Made by a program: the position numbers and the translations under genes. The notes beneath the pieces are model-generated. The model did no database searches. It was not told where the DNA came from and was given only the letters and a program-made list of their open reading frames with translations. A stretch of 64,000 bases of DNA from a virus. The stretch is taken from positions 19,415 through 83,414 of the IMG/VR virus record IMGVR_UViG_3300009610_000028; one strand, written 5' to 3'. Positions 8,421 to 18,729 of the stretch are shown one piece after another (positions within the stretch are counted from its first letter, which is position 1; each line of letters starts with the position of its first letter).

Positions 8421-10198
8421 CTTTGTATCAAACGCGAATCATCGACAGCCGGCATCCCAACTTCCTGTCGAACGTAGGTGACTGGGAGAAGTGGCGACTG
8501 ACCTACCGGGGTGGGGAAGAGTTTCGCAACAAGTACCTCGAACAATTTACTAACCGCGAAGATCGACAGGACTTTGAAGCCCGCAAGCGAGTGACTCCTA
8601 TTCCGAGTTACGCGAAAGCGGCCATCAACGACATCCGTAACTCGATCTTCCAGCGGATGCACGACATCACACGTCGAGACGGCAGCAAAGCTTATCAACG
8701 AGCGATTGCTGGCTTGGATGACGGAGTAGATCGTCGTGGATCAACGATGAATTCGTTCCTCGGCATCAAATGCCTGACGGAACTTCTGGTGATGGGGCGA
8801 GTCGGCGTCTGCGTCGATTCCCCGGTAGTTGAAGGTGCTACGCTCGCCGACGCCAAGGGCGCTCGGCCGTATCTCTACAGCTATCAAGTTGAAGACATTC
8901 TCAACTACTCATGCACCAAGCCTGACGAGCCGAGTGAGTTCCAATCCGTGTTGCTTCGCGACACGTGCATGGACTACGACCAACGCACCATGCTGCCGCT
9001 TGGAACCTTCCAGCGGCTGCGGATGATGTGGATCGACAAAGAGACTGGCTTCGTCAATGTGCAGTTCTACAACGCAGCCGGCGATCCAATCGACAGCTAC
9101 GGGAACACATCAGGCCCGGTGCAACTCGAACTCACGAAGATTCCCTTCGTACTATTCGACGTTGGTGACTCGCTCATCAAGGATGTCTGTAACCACCAAG
9201 TTACGCTTCTGAATCTGATCTCCAGTGACGTGAACTTCGCGCTCAAGGCGAACTTTCCGTTCTACGTCGAGCAACGCGACATGCGTGCGGTCGGCAGCCA
9301 CTTGAAGGTCGCTGCTAACCCGGATGGCACCGCCACAACTGGTGGCCAAACATCCCACGACAACGAGATCAAGGTCGGTGCCACGCAAGGTCGGTTCTAC
9401 GACATCAAAGCGAACGCACCAGCCTTCATCAATCCGTCGCCCGACCCGCTCAAGGCGTCGATGCAGTTGCGAGCCGAAATCGCAACCGAGATTCGACGCT
9501 TGGTCAACCTTCGAGTTGAAGGCATGGCAGAACGAGCCAGCGCCGAGAGCAAGGCAATGGACAACCAAGGGCTGGAAGCTGGTCTCAGCTTCATCGGCCT
9601 GGTCCTGGAGAGTGGCGAACGCAAGATCGCCGAACATTGGGCCGCGTTTGAGGATCGAGTCGAAACCCGCCGCAAGGTGGCCACGATCAAGTATCCCGAC
9701 CGCTATAGCCTCAAGACCGATGCTGATCGCATCGACGAGGCCACTAAGCTCTCCAAGCTGATGTACACGGTGCCGGGCCAGACAGTGAAGAAAGAGATCG
9801 CCAAGATCATCAAAGATTCGCTGCTCGGTGGCAAGGTCAACGTGGAAACCATCTCGACAATCAATTCAGAGATCGACAATTCGGACTATACGACTAGCGA
9901 TCCTGAGACGATTGTTCTGGCCGTCGAGAACGGCCTATGCGGTGACCAAACCGCTTCTATGGCACTGGGCTTTGACGAGAACGAATACTTGCAAGCTCAG
10001 AAGGATCACGCCGCTAAAGCCAAGCGTGTTGCTGAGGCGCAAGCCAGCGTCAAGCCGGACCCAGGAGCACGGGGCGTCGATTCACTTTCGACCGATCCCA
10101 AGTCTGCTCCGAAAGAGAAGGCCGCCAGTCGGGATAAGTCCCTACAAAGTGACAATCAGAAGCGTGTTCGTGGCAACGGCCGCTTTCCCAAGGAGTAA
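8417..10198 (+). CDS. Portal protein
   Basis: 593 aa directly after terminase (ATGA overlap). HP...W...YRGG N-terminus, SAESK motif, disordered C-terminus. Confidence 0.85.
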   Translation: MTLYQTRIIDSRHPNFLSNVGDWEKWRLTYRGGEEFRNKYLEQFTNREDRQDFEARKRVTPIPSYAKAAINDIRNSIFQRMHDITRRDGSKAYQRAIAGLDDGVDRRGSTMNSFLGIKCLTELLVMGRVGVCVDSPVVEGATLADAKGARPYLYSYQVEDILNYSCTKPDEPSEFQSVLLRDTCMDYDQRTMLPLGTFQRLRMMWIDKETGFVNVQFYNAAGDPIDSYGNTSGPVQLELTKIPFVLFDVGDSLIKDVCNHQVTLLNLISSDVNFALKANFPFYVEQRDMRAVGSHLKVAANPDGTATTGGQTSHDNEIKVGATQGRFYDIKANAPAFINPSPDPLKASMQLRAEIATEIRRLVNLRVEGMAERASAESKAMDNQGLEAGLSFIGLVLESGERKIAEHWAAFEDRVETRRKVATIKYPDRYSLKTDADRIDEATKLSKLMYTVPGQTVKKEIAKIIKDSLLGGKVNVETISTINSEIDNSDYTTSDPETIVLAVENGLCGDQTASMALGFDENEYLQAQKDHAAKAKRVAEAQASVKPDPGARGVDSLSTDPKSAPKEKAASRDKSLQSDNQKRVRGNGRFPKE

Positions 10199-10201
10199 GC
10201 A

Positions 10202-10501
10202 ATGTCAGCAGTTCAAGTGGTGAAAGAATCGTTGCCAGGTTTCATGGCAGGTAATGGGACAGTCGGCGGAACGCCGGCTCAACTCACGACCATTGCGTTT
10301 CCAATCACCAAGCACGTCGTTGTCCAGGCTGCATCTGGCAATGGCAGTACGGTCAGCGTGGGGCCAGCCTCAGCGCAAGCCGCAAACGGATACATCCTGG
10401 CAGCGGGCGAGAGCACGCCGCCGATTTACGTGGACGATACGTCCAAAGTGTGGGTCGTCGGGGGTGCCGCCGACCAGGATTACAACTGGATCGCAAACTA
10501 A
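10202..10501 (+). CDS. Small beta-sandwich virion protein, paralogue of 11231..11548
   Basis: KESLPG, VVVQA..GN..TVSVG and DQDYNWI match KESVPG, GNTAPVWVG and DQDVAWI. Confidence 0.7.
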   Translation: MSAVQVVKESLPGFMAGNGTVGGTPAQLTTIAFPITKHVVVQAASGNGSTVSVGPASAQAANGYILAAGESTPPIYVDDTSKVWVVGGAADQDYNWIAN

Positions 10502-10513
10502 GGAATCAAATCA

Positions 10514-11218
10514 ATGGGTATTCTCGCCGACCTTCTTGCCGCCCCGCTCACGTACAGCAACACGCCTGGTGTTGGCCGACACGTGTATCGGAACCTGGAA
10601 GACATCCTTCGCACGTATGGTGACTTTGACTATCCGAGTGGTTTCAACACCGGGAACGAAGTTCAAGGTATCGCTGTTCACTCCGGCACAGTCAGCGGTG
10701 GCACGTTCACCTTGACTCCTCAAGTGACTGGTGCCGTTGCAACTGGCAACATCAACCACAACGCCAACGCTGCCACGATTCAGACCGCTATCGACACCGC
10801 AATGACTGGTGTCGCTGGTTACGTTGCCGGACATCTGGCAATCACTGGTGGACCTCTCACCACGACCCCGCTGGTTCTCACCTACAGCGGTGCCTCGGTC
10901 GATGCGACCAACTACGCCCTGGTTGTGGGTGACGGTGCTCTGCTCACTGGTGGTGGCACGCTCGGTGCGATCACGCAGACGACCGCTGGTCAATCTGCCC
11001 GCGCTGCTTGGGCCTTCCTCAAAGTGGCTGGCATCATCACCAGTGCTCCGCCGGATCAAGGCAGTTCTGGCACTCCAACTGTTGGCTCTGGCCGTGGGCA
11101 GTTCCCGTTCAAGCTCAACAACGACACCGTGATCGCTCTCATCGAAGAGGCGGCTTCCAAGGACGGTGGAATCGCGGCTGTGAAGACTTCCCTTCTGACC
11201 GCACTCCGCTTGCCGTAA
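10514..11218 (+). CDS. Virion protein with NEVQ-type domain
   Basis: NEVQ...SGGTFTLT...INHNANAATIQTA motif, also present in tail tube 2. Confidence 0.7.
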   Translation: MGILADLLAAPLTYSNTPGVGRHVYRNLEDILRTYGDFDYPSGFNTGNEVQGIAVHSGTVSGGTFTLTPQVTGAVATGNINHNANAATIQTAIDTAMTGVAGYVAGHLAITGGPLTTTPLVLTYSGASVDATNYALVVGDGALLTGGGTLGAITQTTAGQSARAAWAFLKVAGIITSAPPDQGSSGTPTVGSGRGQFPFKLNNDTVIALIEEAASKDGGIAAVKTSLLTALRLP

Positions 11219-11230
11219 GAGGTTTGACCC

Positions 11231-11548
11231 GTGGAGATCACAAAAGAATCAGTGCCTGGATTGCTACATGGGCACCAGGCTGCCGGCACTTCGCGGATTC
11301 GTCTCACTGATCTGGACATTCCAGTTCACAAAGGCGTGCTGATGCGATGCCCCGGATCGGAAGACGCGGGCGGTGGCAATACGGCACCCGTTTGGGTCGG
11401 TGGCAACGGCGTAACAGCCGATTCAGCCGCGACCGGCGGCATCCCAATCCTGCCAGGCGATTCGCTCTTCGTGCCGATTGAGCGGCCGATGTCGCTCTTC
11501 ATCATCTCGACCGATGCGGACCAAGACGTTGCGTGGATCGGACTATGA
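11231..11548 (+). CDS. Small beta-sandwich virion protein
   Basis: GAGGT RBS, GTG start, paralogous to 10202..10501. Confidence 0.7.
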   Translation: MEITKESVPGLLHGHQAAGTSRIRLTDLDIPVHKGVLMRCPGSEDAGGGNTAPVWVGGNGVTADSAATGGIPILPGDSLFVPIERPMSLFIISTDADQDVAWIGL

Positions 11549-12786
11549 GCATCATTTACATCAGCAGTAGGGGCGTGGCTGGCCCACAAGGCATTCAAGG
11601 CGACCCCGGTGCCGGTGTAATCAATTGGCTCGGCGTTTGGGACAGCGGCACTACTTACGAAATCAACGATGCTGTTTCCTACCAAGGAAGCAGCTACATC
11701 TGCCTCGTTCAGCATTCCAACCAAGTTCCTCCGAACCCGACCTATTGGGGCGTGCTCGCGGAAGTTGGTGACACAGGTGCAACCGGCCTGACCGGCGACA
11801 CTGGTCTTGGAATCACCTGGCTTGGCGACTGGGACAGCGGTGACCCATACGTCGTCAACGATGCAGTGGTCTTGGATGGCACGAGTTACATCTGCATCCA
11901 GGATCATACGAATCAACAACCGCCGAATGTCGCGTACTGGAACATCCTCGCACAGAAGGGTGGCACTGGAGCGACGGGCAACACGGGCGCAACCGGCGCT
12001 CGTGGCCTCACGTGGCGAAACGCTTGGAACAGCATCACGGCCTATGCAGTGGACGATGCCGTTCAATACAACGGCAGCGCATACATCTGTCTTCAAGCAC
12101 ACACGAATCAGTTTCCAACGAACCCTACCTATTGGAGTCTGCTGGCTTCAAAAGGTGACACTGGCACGACGGGCGACACCGGATTAACCGGAGCGGCCGG
12201 TGCTGACGGGCAGGGCTTCACCTGGCGTGGCTCATGGAGCGGCGCAATCACCTACGCTCCCTACGACGTAGTTGAGTTCGACGGGTCCAGCTACAACTGC
12301 ATTCTCGGCCACACGAATCAAACCCCACCGAATCCCACCTACTGGGAGACGATGGCCCAAGCTGGAGAAGATGGCGGCGGTGGCGGCAGTGGCGAAGGGC
12401 TGGTCACCGAGGCCGAGAACACGAACGCTGGTTCAATCTCAAAATGTCGCGTGGTCTATATCAGCGGCGTTGAAGAAGTTGATCTGGCGCGGGCTAACAA
12501 CACAACCACCGCCAAAGCTTTTGGCCTGGTTGCGGATAACTCCATCTCTGCGAGTGTCTCCGGCAACATTCAGATCAGTGGCATTCTCGAAGCCACAACC
12601 GGCCAGTGGGACACTGTGACCGGGCAAAGCGGTGGGCTGACATCAGGTGCCATCTATTACCTCAGCGCAGCCACCGCAGGCGCAATGACGACGACAGCGC
12701 CTGTCTCTGGATTCATCGTCGAACTCGGCAAGGCGCTGAGCACAACCAAATTTGACACCACGATAAGGCGGCCGATTCGGCTGTAA
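11545..12786 (+). CDS. Fibre protein: 4 CBM5/12-like modules with collagen-like linkers, plus C-terminal cement-like domain
   Basis: Four WxGxW...Y..NDAV...GSSYIC...H.NQ.PPN..YW repeats separated by Gly-X-Y triplets. Confidence 0.82.
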   Translation: MSIIYISSRGVAGPQGIQGDPGAGVINWLGVWDSGTTYEINDAVSYQGSSYICLVQHSNQVPPNPTYWGVLAEVGDTGATGLTGDTGLGITWLGDWDSGDPYVVNDAVVLDGTSYICIQDHTNQQPPNVAYWNILAQKGGTGATGNTGATGARGLTWRNAWNSITAYAVDDAVQYNGSAYICLQAHTNQFPTNPTYWSLLASKGDTGTTGDTGLTGAAGADGQGFTWRGSWSGAITYAPYDVVEFDGSSYNCILGHTNQTPPNPTYWETMAQAGEDGGGGGSGEGLVTEAENTNAGSISKCRVVYISGVEEVDLARANNTTTAKAFGLVADNSISASVSGNIQISGILEATTGQWDTVTGQSGGLTSGAIYYLSAATAGAMTTTAPVSGFIVELGKALSTTKFDTTIRRPIRL

Positions 12787-12790
12787 ATAA

Positions 12791-13273
12791 ATGGCTGCTC
12801 GCAAACCGCTAGTCATCAACGGCGGACAAATCGAACAACTCCAAGCCGGCGATACGCTTGATGCGTCAGTCACCGAAGTGGATGTGGTCAGCAAGACCAA
12901 TGACAACGCCAGTCCAATCGTCATTGGCAACGTTGTCTATAACAAGACAGACGGTGACGTTGACCTGGCTCGCGCAAACGCGCAGGGCACCGTTCAAGTT
13001 CTCGGCTTGGTCCGAGACGCAAGCATTGCCGCAGCCGCCGCCGGCAACATCCAGACAGACGGAATCCTGACAGCCACTACCGGCGAATGGGACGCTGTGA
13101 CTGGAGGGTCTGGTGGTCTCTCGCCCGGCGTGCCGTACTACGTCAGCGCCGCGACAGCGGGCTTGATTACAAGCACCGCACCTTCTAGCGCCGGTCAGTT
13201 TGTTGTGCGCATTGGACTGGCCAGTAGCGCTACCTCATTGGACATCTCAGTCGAACCCCCGATCAAGCTATGA
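12791..13273 (+). CDS. Head fibre/cement-like protein
   Basis: VDLARAN, GNIQ and TTGEWDAVTG..GGL shared with the C-terminus of 11545..12786. N-terminal RKPL peptide shared with 13270..15477. Confidence 0.75.
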   Translation: MAARKPLVINGGQIEQLQAGDTLDASVTEVDVVSKTNDNASPIVIGNVVYNKTDGDVDLARANAQGTVQVLGLVRDASIAAAAAGNIQTDGILTATTGEWDAVTGGSGGLSPGVPYYVSAATAGLITSTAPSSAGQFVVRIGLASSATSLDISVEPPIKL

Positions 13274-15477
13274 CCATCCGCAAACCGCTTACTATCACCA
13301 ACGGACAGATTGAAGCATTCCAATCCGGTGATCTAGTCAGCGGAGTTGCGAATGTTCTCACCAACACAACTCTCTATGTTGAGACTACGGGCAACGACAC
13401 GACCGGCGACGGTTCGATTGGCAATCCTTGGTTGACCATCGGGAAAGCACTCAGCTATCTCGCGGACAAATGGATCGAGAAAGACAACTTTGTCACGATC
13501 AACGTTGGTGACGGCAACTTTGCCATCTCTTCGTCGCTCACGATCAAGCATCCCTGCGGCGACCGGATTACGATCACTGGCACCAACACCCACGACAAAA
13601 CGTTGTCGAGCATTCAGAGTTCCTCCGGCTCGGCCGGTGCCTGGTCATACGTGCTCAATGTCAATACGGTGACCAACATTGCCGTGAATGACTACGTGCT
13701 CATTCGCGGGCCAGCCAATGGGACTCGACCAGAGTTTATCGCTGGTTGCCACGAAGTCACCAACGTCGATGCAGTCAATACTCGCATCACAATCGCGGTC
13801 AAGCATAAGCACACTTCTGTGGCGTCTGGCTCTGTCACAGGCACGGTCACGTGTGTGAAGACACGAGTGACAGTCACGGGCGTGGACGGATTGGTAGTCG
13901 ATCCCAATCACACGCTTGGCTTCATGGACAAGGTAGTGTTCGTGGGCGATGCCACGGCAACCAAGAGTGGAATTCTTAGTGGTCATGGTCTGGCCGCAGC
14001 CAATACCCATCTGTGGGTTGGCAACAATGTAGGCGTCGTGAACTTCCAGTATGGCGTACAAGTTGTCGGCGGCTCGTTCCGTGGCAACATTATCGCGTCT
14101 GGTTGTGTTTCTGATGGCGCACGTACATTCGCTGGTGCCAAAATCTATGCTTCGAGTGGAATCACGGCTACTGGCTGTGGTGCCTTTGGAGTCTTTGCCA
14201 CGCTGAATGGTTCGATCTATTGCCCGGCATCCCGGCTAACAGGTAACTCTGACAGCGGCGCTGGCGCTAGCGCTGGCGGGGTAGTTAGTTGTCCCTCGGC
14301 CCATCTGACGGGAAATACGCTCAACGGTGCTGTTGCTGAAAATCAAGGTTGCATTCTGTGCGACCTGGCTTTTATCAACAACAACTTGGACAATGGCATC
14401 ATAGCTCTGAATCAAAGCCATATCAGTTCGCCCTCAGCGACGATCCAAACGAACTTCAAAGGCGTGTACTGCGACAAAGGTTCTTACATCTATGTCGAAG
14501 GCAGTACCATCTCCAGCAACACGAGCGGAAGTTACAACATTTCCGCAGATACGCTTTCAGTCAATGGCTCGTACATTGACACGGGCGCAGCGGCAGGCTT
14601 CCCAATTCACGGTTCACCAGTGCCTGGTGGTCGTTTGACCCTGGAAAGCAACGTGGCGGTCTCAACCACCGATCAAGCTTCCGCTTCGACTATTTACTAC
14701 AAATCATTTCAACACGGCCATATCTGGCTCTACAACGGCTCGGAGTGGCTCCGGCGAACTCTGCCAGGCGGCCAAATCTCCGCAGCGTGCCCCACAGCTT
14801 CCGGCTCAAACAAGCCTTATGACGTTTTCATTTATGATGATAACGGCACACCAACCTTAGAGTTCCTGGCGTGGACGAATAACACGACACGCGCAACTGG
14901 CCTCCTTAATACTAGCTCTCCCTACTTGTGGACAAAGAGTGGTGACACCACGCGGCTCTACGTCGGGACGATCTATGTAACTACTAGCGGTAATACAAAC
15001 GACACACTGCGCAGTCGCCACGTGTGGAATATGTTTAACCGCGTAGTACGCGATATGTTTTGGATCGGCCCTCAAGCAAGTTACACATACAGTGCGAACA
15101 ATGTTGCACGCTATGTGAATGGTGGCACAGCACCATCGCTTTCAATAGTTGTTGGACTCTCTGAGGACATCTACCAAGCCGAAGCGCGAGTTACCGCCTC
15201 CAAATCTGTTGGAGCGAATGGTACAGCGATTGATATGGGCATCGCTCGCGATGCAACCAATACCACATTTGCGGTTGGTTGCCAGGCGGGAGTGATCCGT
15301 TCTACGACGGCAACTGATCTTGACCTCAGAACGCTGCAAACCACGTTCAGCGAAATCGCCCCTATTGGCTACCACGAATACAACTGGACTGAGCGTACTG
15401 GTACGAATTCCGTGACTCTCAACGTGGTTGGCACGAATGCCAATGAATGCGGCATGTTCGGTTGGTTCCCAATGTAG
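13270..15477 (+). CDS. Fibre/spike protein with parallel beta-helix (pectin-lyase-like) region
   Basis: LYVETTGNDTTGDGSIGNPWLTIGKAL start motif, G/N-rich coils, C-terminal GGRLTL domain. Confidence 0.75.
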   Translation: MTIRKPLTITNGQIEAFQSGDLVSGVANVLTNTTLYVETTGNDTTGDGSIGNPWLTIGKALSYLADKWIEKDNFVTINVGDGNFAISSSLTIKHPCGDRITITGTNTHDKTLSSIQSSSGSAGAWSYVLNVNTVTNIAVNDYVLIRGPANGTRPEFIAGCHEVTNVDAVNTRITIAVKHKHTSVASGSVTGTVTCVKTRVTVTGVDGLVVDPNHTLGFMDKVVFVGDATATKSGILSGHGLAAANTHLWVGNNVGVVNFQYGVQVVGGSFRGNIIASGCVSDGARTFAGAKIYASSGITATGCGAFGVFATLNGSIYCPASRLTGNSDSGAGASAGGVVSCPSAHLTGNTLNGAVAENQGCILCDLAFINNNLDNGIIALNQSHISSPSATIQTNFKGVYCDKGSYIYVEGSTISSNTSGSYNISADTLSVNGSYIDTGAAAGFPIHGSPVPGGRLTLESNVAVSTTDQASASTIYYKSFQHGHIWLYNGSEWLRRTLPGGQISAACPTASGSNKPYDVFIYDDNGTPTLEFLAWTNNTTRATGLLNTSSPYLWTKSGDTTRLYVGTIYVTTSGNTNDTLRSRHVWNMFNRVVRDMFWIGPQASYTYSANNVARYVNGGTAPSLSIVVGLSEDIYQAEARVTASKSVGANGTAIDMGIARDATNTTFAVGCQAGVIRSTTATDLDLRTLQTTFSEIAPIGYHEYNWTERTGTNSVTLNVVGTNANECGMFGWFPM

Positions 15478-15484
15478 GTGACAG

Positions 15485-15787
15485 ATGAGAGACATTCTCG
15501 CTTTGCATAATGCGTTACGAGACGCAGGACTCGACATCTCCGGTGTCAGTGATCCAGGGCCAAACGCCTACATCAACGGATGGAACACCACGCCCACAGA
15601 AGCTGAGCGTGCTCAAGCGGGTGCCATTCTAAAAGCATTCGATTGGACCGAGAAGCCAGCACTAACTCTCGCGACTATTGAAGCGCTTTCAAGTGATGAG
15701 AAATCGCGACTGATTGATTTGCTACTGACACAAGCGGCTGGCGTGCGACCGGACCTATTGGACATGGCGAAGAAACCAAAGGCGTAG
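15485..15787 (+). CDS. Hypothetical protein, possible fibre chaperone
   Basis: AGGTG RBS. Small ORF directly after the spike gene. Confidence 0.6.
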   Translation: MRDILALHNALRDAGLDISGVSDPGPNAYINGWNTTPTEAERAQAGAILKAFDWTEKPALTLATIEALSSDEKSRLIDLLLTQAAGVRPDLLDMAKKPKA

Positions 15788-15792
15788 GACAA

Positions 15793-17163
15793 ATGAGTAT
15801 CATTCATGTCAGTAGCCGTGGTGTTGCCGGTCCCCAAGGCATCCAAGGTGATCCAGGACCAGGCGTCATTAACTGGCTAGGCGAGTGGTCAGACGCCACC
15901 GCCTACGAAGAGAATGATGCGGTAACCTGGCTCGGCACGAGCTATATCTGCATCGTCGCTCACACCGATCAAGAGCCACCTGATCCCACCTACTGGGACG
16001 TGCTCGCTTCCAAAGGCGATGAGGGTGACGCGGGCGACCAAGGTGATGCCGGCCTCAGCATTGAGTGGCAAGGCAATTGGGATAGTGGTCAACCATACGT
16101 GGTGAATGATGCTATCACACTCGATGGCACCAGCTACATTTGCACGGTCAATCACACAAATCAATCGCCGCCCAACGCTGGCATTTGGAATGTGCTCGCC
16201 GCGAAAGGTAGTACAGGTCTCACTGGAAACACCGGCCTCACGGGTCCGATTGGAATCACCTGGCGAGGCGCGTGGAACTCAATCACGAGTTATGCCCTCA
16301 ATGACGCAGTGACTTCTGGTGGCAGTGACTACATCTGCATTCAAGCTCACAGCAATCATCAACCGCCCAACGTCATCTACTGGGACTTTGTAGCCTCGAA
16401 GGGCGACACTGGCACCACGGGTGACACTGGCGAGACAGGTGACACTGGTGCTACCGGCGATGGCTTCACATGGGAAGGTGAATGGAGCGGCGCAGAACCT
16501 TACCAAGTGCGTGATGTCGTTCAGTTCGATGGATCGAGCTACAACTGCATCCTCGGACACACCAATCAAACGCCACCGAATCCCACCTATTGGGAATTGA
16601 TGGCGTCGAAGGGTGACACTGGCACTTTTGACACAGACCCACTCACAGGCGCTGAGACCGGCACGGACGTAACCGCACAAACGGTGTCCACTCATCGGCG
16701 ACCTGAGACGATCCAATCGACGCACACATTCACTAACCAAAGCGTCACGATCACGGATCACACGACGGATGGCGGCCACGGCGGTGTGAAAATCTTCGAC
16801 TATCCCGAAGGCCATTTCGTGGTCGTTGGTGCTGTCGGCAATCTCACGATTGCTCGCGTCGGCACGAACCTGACAGCAACTGCTGCTCTGGTGTTCTCAC
16901 TCGGTACGACGGTCGCTGGTATCGACAACGATACGCTCACCGGAACCGAAGCTGACATCATTCCGTCAACAGCCGCCACGCTGAGTGGTGGAACAGTCAC
17001 GGTCAACTTTCAGAAGTCAGCCTTGCAATTCATCGACGGCACCGCCGGAGCGGCCGACGCCTACTTCAACGTGGTGTCTCCCGATGCTGGCATTTCTGGC
17101 AATGATGCTGTGCTCGTCAATGGCACTGTCATCCTCACCTTGATTCGCTTGGGTGACAACTAA
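15793..17163 (+). CDS. Second CBM5/12-like/collagen fibre protein with a different C-terminal domain
   Basis: First ~275 aa are colinear with 11545..12786 (MSII..SSRGVAGPQGIQGDPG). Confidence 0.82.
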   Translation: MSIIHVSSRGVAGPQGIQGDPGPGVINWLGEWSDATAYEENDAVTWLGTSYICIVAHTDQEPPDPTYWDVLASKGDEGDAGDQGDAGLSIEWQGNWDSGQPYVVNDAITLDGTSYICTVNHTNQSPPNAGIWNVLAAKGSTGLTGNTGLTGPIGITWRGAWNSITSYALNDAVTSGGSDYICIQAHSNHQPPNVIYWDFVASKGDTGTTGDTGETGDTGATGDGFTWEGEWSGAEPYQVRDVVQFDGSSYNCILGHTNQTPPNPTYWELMASKGDTGTFDTDPLTGAETGTDVTAQTVSTHRRPETIQSTHTFTNQSVTITDHTTDGGHGGVKIFDYPEGHFVVVGAVGNLTIARVGTNLTATAALVFSLGTTVAGIDNDTLTGTEADIIPSTAATLSGGTVTVNFQKSALQFIDGTAGAADAYFNVVSPDAGISGNDAVLVNGTVILTLIRLGDN

Positions 17164-17720
17164 TGGCCATCAACTTCGACTACTACGGCTCGCTCAGCGA
17201 AGCCAATGAATACTTTGACATGCGTCTCCACGAGAGCGCATGGTATGGGGCGACTCTCACGACTCGTCCCAAGGCACTGTGGGCCGCGACCAGAATCATC
17301 GACACCTTGAACTACAAAGGGTTCAAGAGCACTGTCTATGACTTGCTGGTTGCAAACAGCCTCACAGACTTGCCACGCGATCTCAGTGACACGAGCACTC
17401 CAACATTGGACGAAGTTCTGGCTGCTGAGGCCGCGCAGGTGCTGGAGTTTCCGCGAGGCTTGGATTCAACAGTGCCAGAGGCGATTCGCATCGCCCAGTA
17501 TGAGATCGCTCACACGCTCCTCGATGGCAAAGACCCAGAGTTGGAGCTTGAGAACCTTGGCATTATCAGTCAAGGCTATGCGTCAGTTCGCACAACCTTT
17601 AGCAGAACGCACGTGCCCGTTGAACATATCGTCAACGGCGTGCCTAGCTCTACGGCCTGGCGACTTCTAGTCCCGTTTCTTCGGGATGACGACGCGATTC
17701 GCGTTAGCCGGGTGTCGTAA
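17163..17720 (+). CDS. Head-tail adaptor (DnaT-like annotated family)
   Basis: YGSLSEANEYF, AL..AT..ID, LEFPR and VPEAIRIAQYEIA family pattern. Confidence 0.75.
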   Translation: MAINFDYYGSLSEANEYFDMRLHESAWYGATLTTRPKALWAATRIIDTLNYKGFKSTVYDLLVANSLTDLPRDLSDTSTPTLDEVLAAEAAQVLEFPRGLDSTVPEAIRIAQYEIAHTLLDGKDPELELENLGIISQGYASVRTTFSRTHVPVEHIVNGVPSSTAWRLLVPFLRDDDAIRVSRVS

Positions 17721-17756
17721 CACCAGGCTTCTAGGGCTACGGCCCATCCTTACCGG

Positions 17757-17786
17757 CTGGCAGAACCCGTGCCAGACCTACCGGGT
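17757..17786 (+). promoter_or_regulatory. H-type pseudoknot in the scaffold 5' leader
   Basis: Stem CTGGCA/TGCCAG. Loop ACCCG is complementary to CGGGT at 17782-17786. Confidence 0.45.
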
Positions 17787-17816
17787 CCAAATTCGGGGTG
17801 CAAGGAAATGTTGGTC

Positions 17817-18674
17817 ATGTTCGTGAATGATTGGTACAAGCTGTGCGCGCTCGTTGCCTGCTATGACGGCGAAAACGAGGAGATTCCTGATCCGCCTGTC
17901 GCTCCCAAAGAAGAGGAGATGAAGGCACCGGAAGGATTCACTGCCGAGCAGCAAAAGAAATTCAATGATGCCGTCGCGGCCGAGCGCCGCAAGCAAGAGA
18001 CGAAGTGGCGAAGTCAGCTAGAGAAGGCTGAGGCCACTTACAAAGAGATGCTCGCGAAGACGGAAGGTCTCAGCGCCAAAGAGCGTGCGACCATCCAAGA
18101 GAATCTCGATACGGTCTCTGGACAACTCCGCAGCAAAGAGCATCAAGCTCAACTGGAGAAGAAGGAGTTGGAAGCTTCCTACCAAGGGAAGCTCACAGAA
18201 GCTCAACGTCGGGCCGAGATCGCTGAACAGCGTTATCGCGATTCGACCATCATGCGTGCGCTACAAGACGCCGCAGTTGAGCACGAGGCGTATAGCGCCT
18301 CACAGGTCGTCACGCTTCTCCGTGAGAAGACCAAGCTCGTCGAGACGCTCGACGAGAAGACCAACAAACCCAACGGACAGTTCAAGGTCGTCGTCGAGTT
18401 TCCTGACAAAGACAACACGACTGGCCAAGAGGTAATGACCACCAAGACGCCGGCAGAGGCAGTGAAGCGGATGACAGAGGTTGCTGAGTTCCAAAACCTC
18501 TTCCGCAAGAACGTCGTGTCTGGTGTTGGTGGCAACTCGGCTATCGGTGGCCTTACACCGGGTTCAAACGGGCGTATTGATGCGGCGAAGCTAACGCCGG
18601 AGCAATACCAAAAGGTGCGAGCAGAGAACCCTGAACTGCTCGGTCTGCGGCCTACTACTAAGCGCCGCCGTTAA
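17817..18674 (+). CDS. Capsid scaffolding protein
   Basis: Charged coiled coil with FTAEQ motif, immediately upstream of the capsid gene. AAGGA lies 10 nt before ATG 17817. Confidence 0.85.
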   Translation: MFVNDWYKLCALVACYDGENEEIPDPPVAPKEEEMKAPEGFTAEQQKKFNDAVAAERRKQETKWRSQLEKAEATYKEMLAKTEGLSAKERATIQENLDTVSGQLRSKEHQAQLEKKELEASYQGKLTEAQRRAEIAEQRYRDSTIMRALQDAAVEHEAYSASQVVTLLREKTKLVETLDEKTNKPNGQFKVVVEFPDKDNTTGQEVMTTKTPAEAVKRMTEVAEFQNLFRKNVVSGVGGNSAIGGLTPGSNGRIDAAKLTPEQYQKVRAENPELLGLRPTTKRRR

Positions 18675-18729
18675 AGCGATCAGGGGTCGAATTTCCCGAA
18701 ACAAAGAAACGTCCCTTTTGGAGACAAAC

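Noticed and set aside
11545-17163. Duplicated fibre sequences as DGR template/variable repeats
   Set aside because: Differences are mostly synonymous-type rather than adenine-specific, both copies are coding, and there is no reverse transcriptase in the window.
17726-17734. GCTTCTAG as a third copy of the divergent promoter motif
   Set aside because: The upstream GGAAT box is missing at the required spacing.
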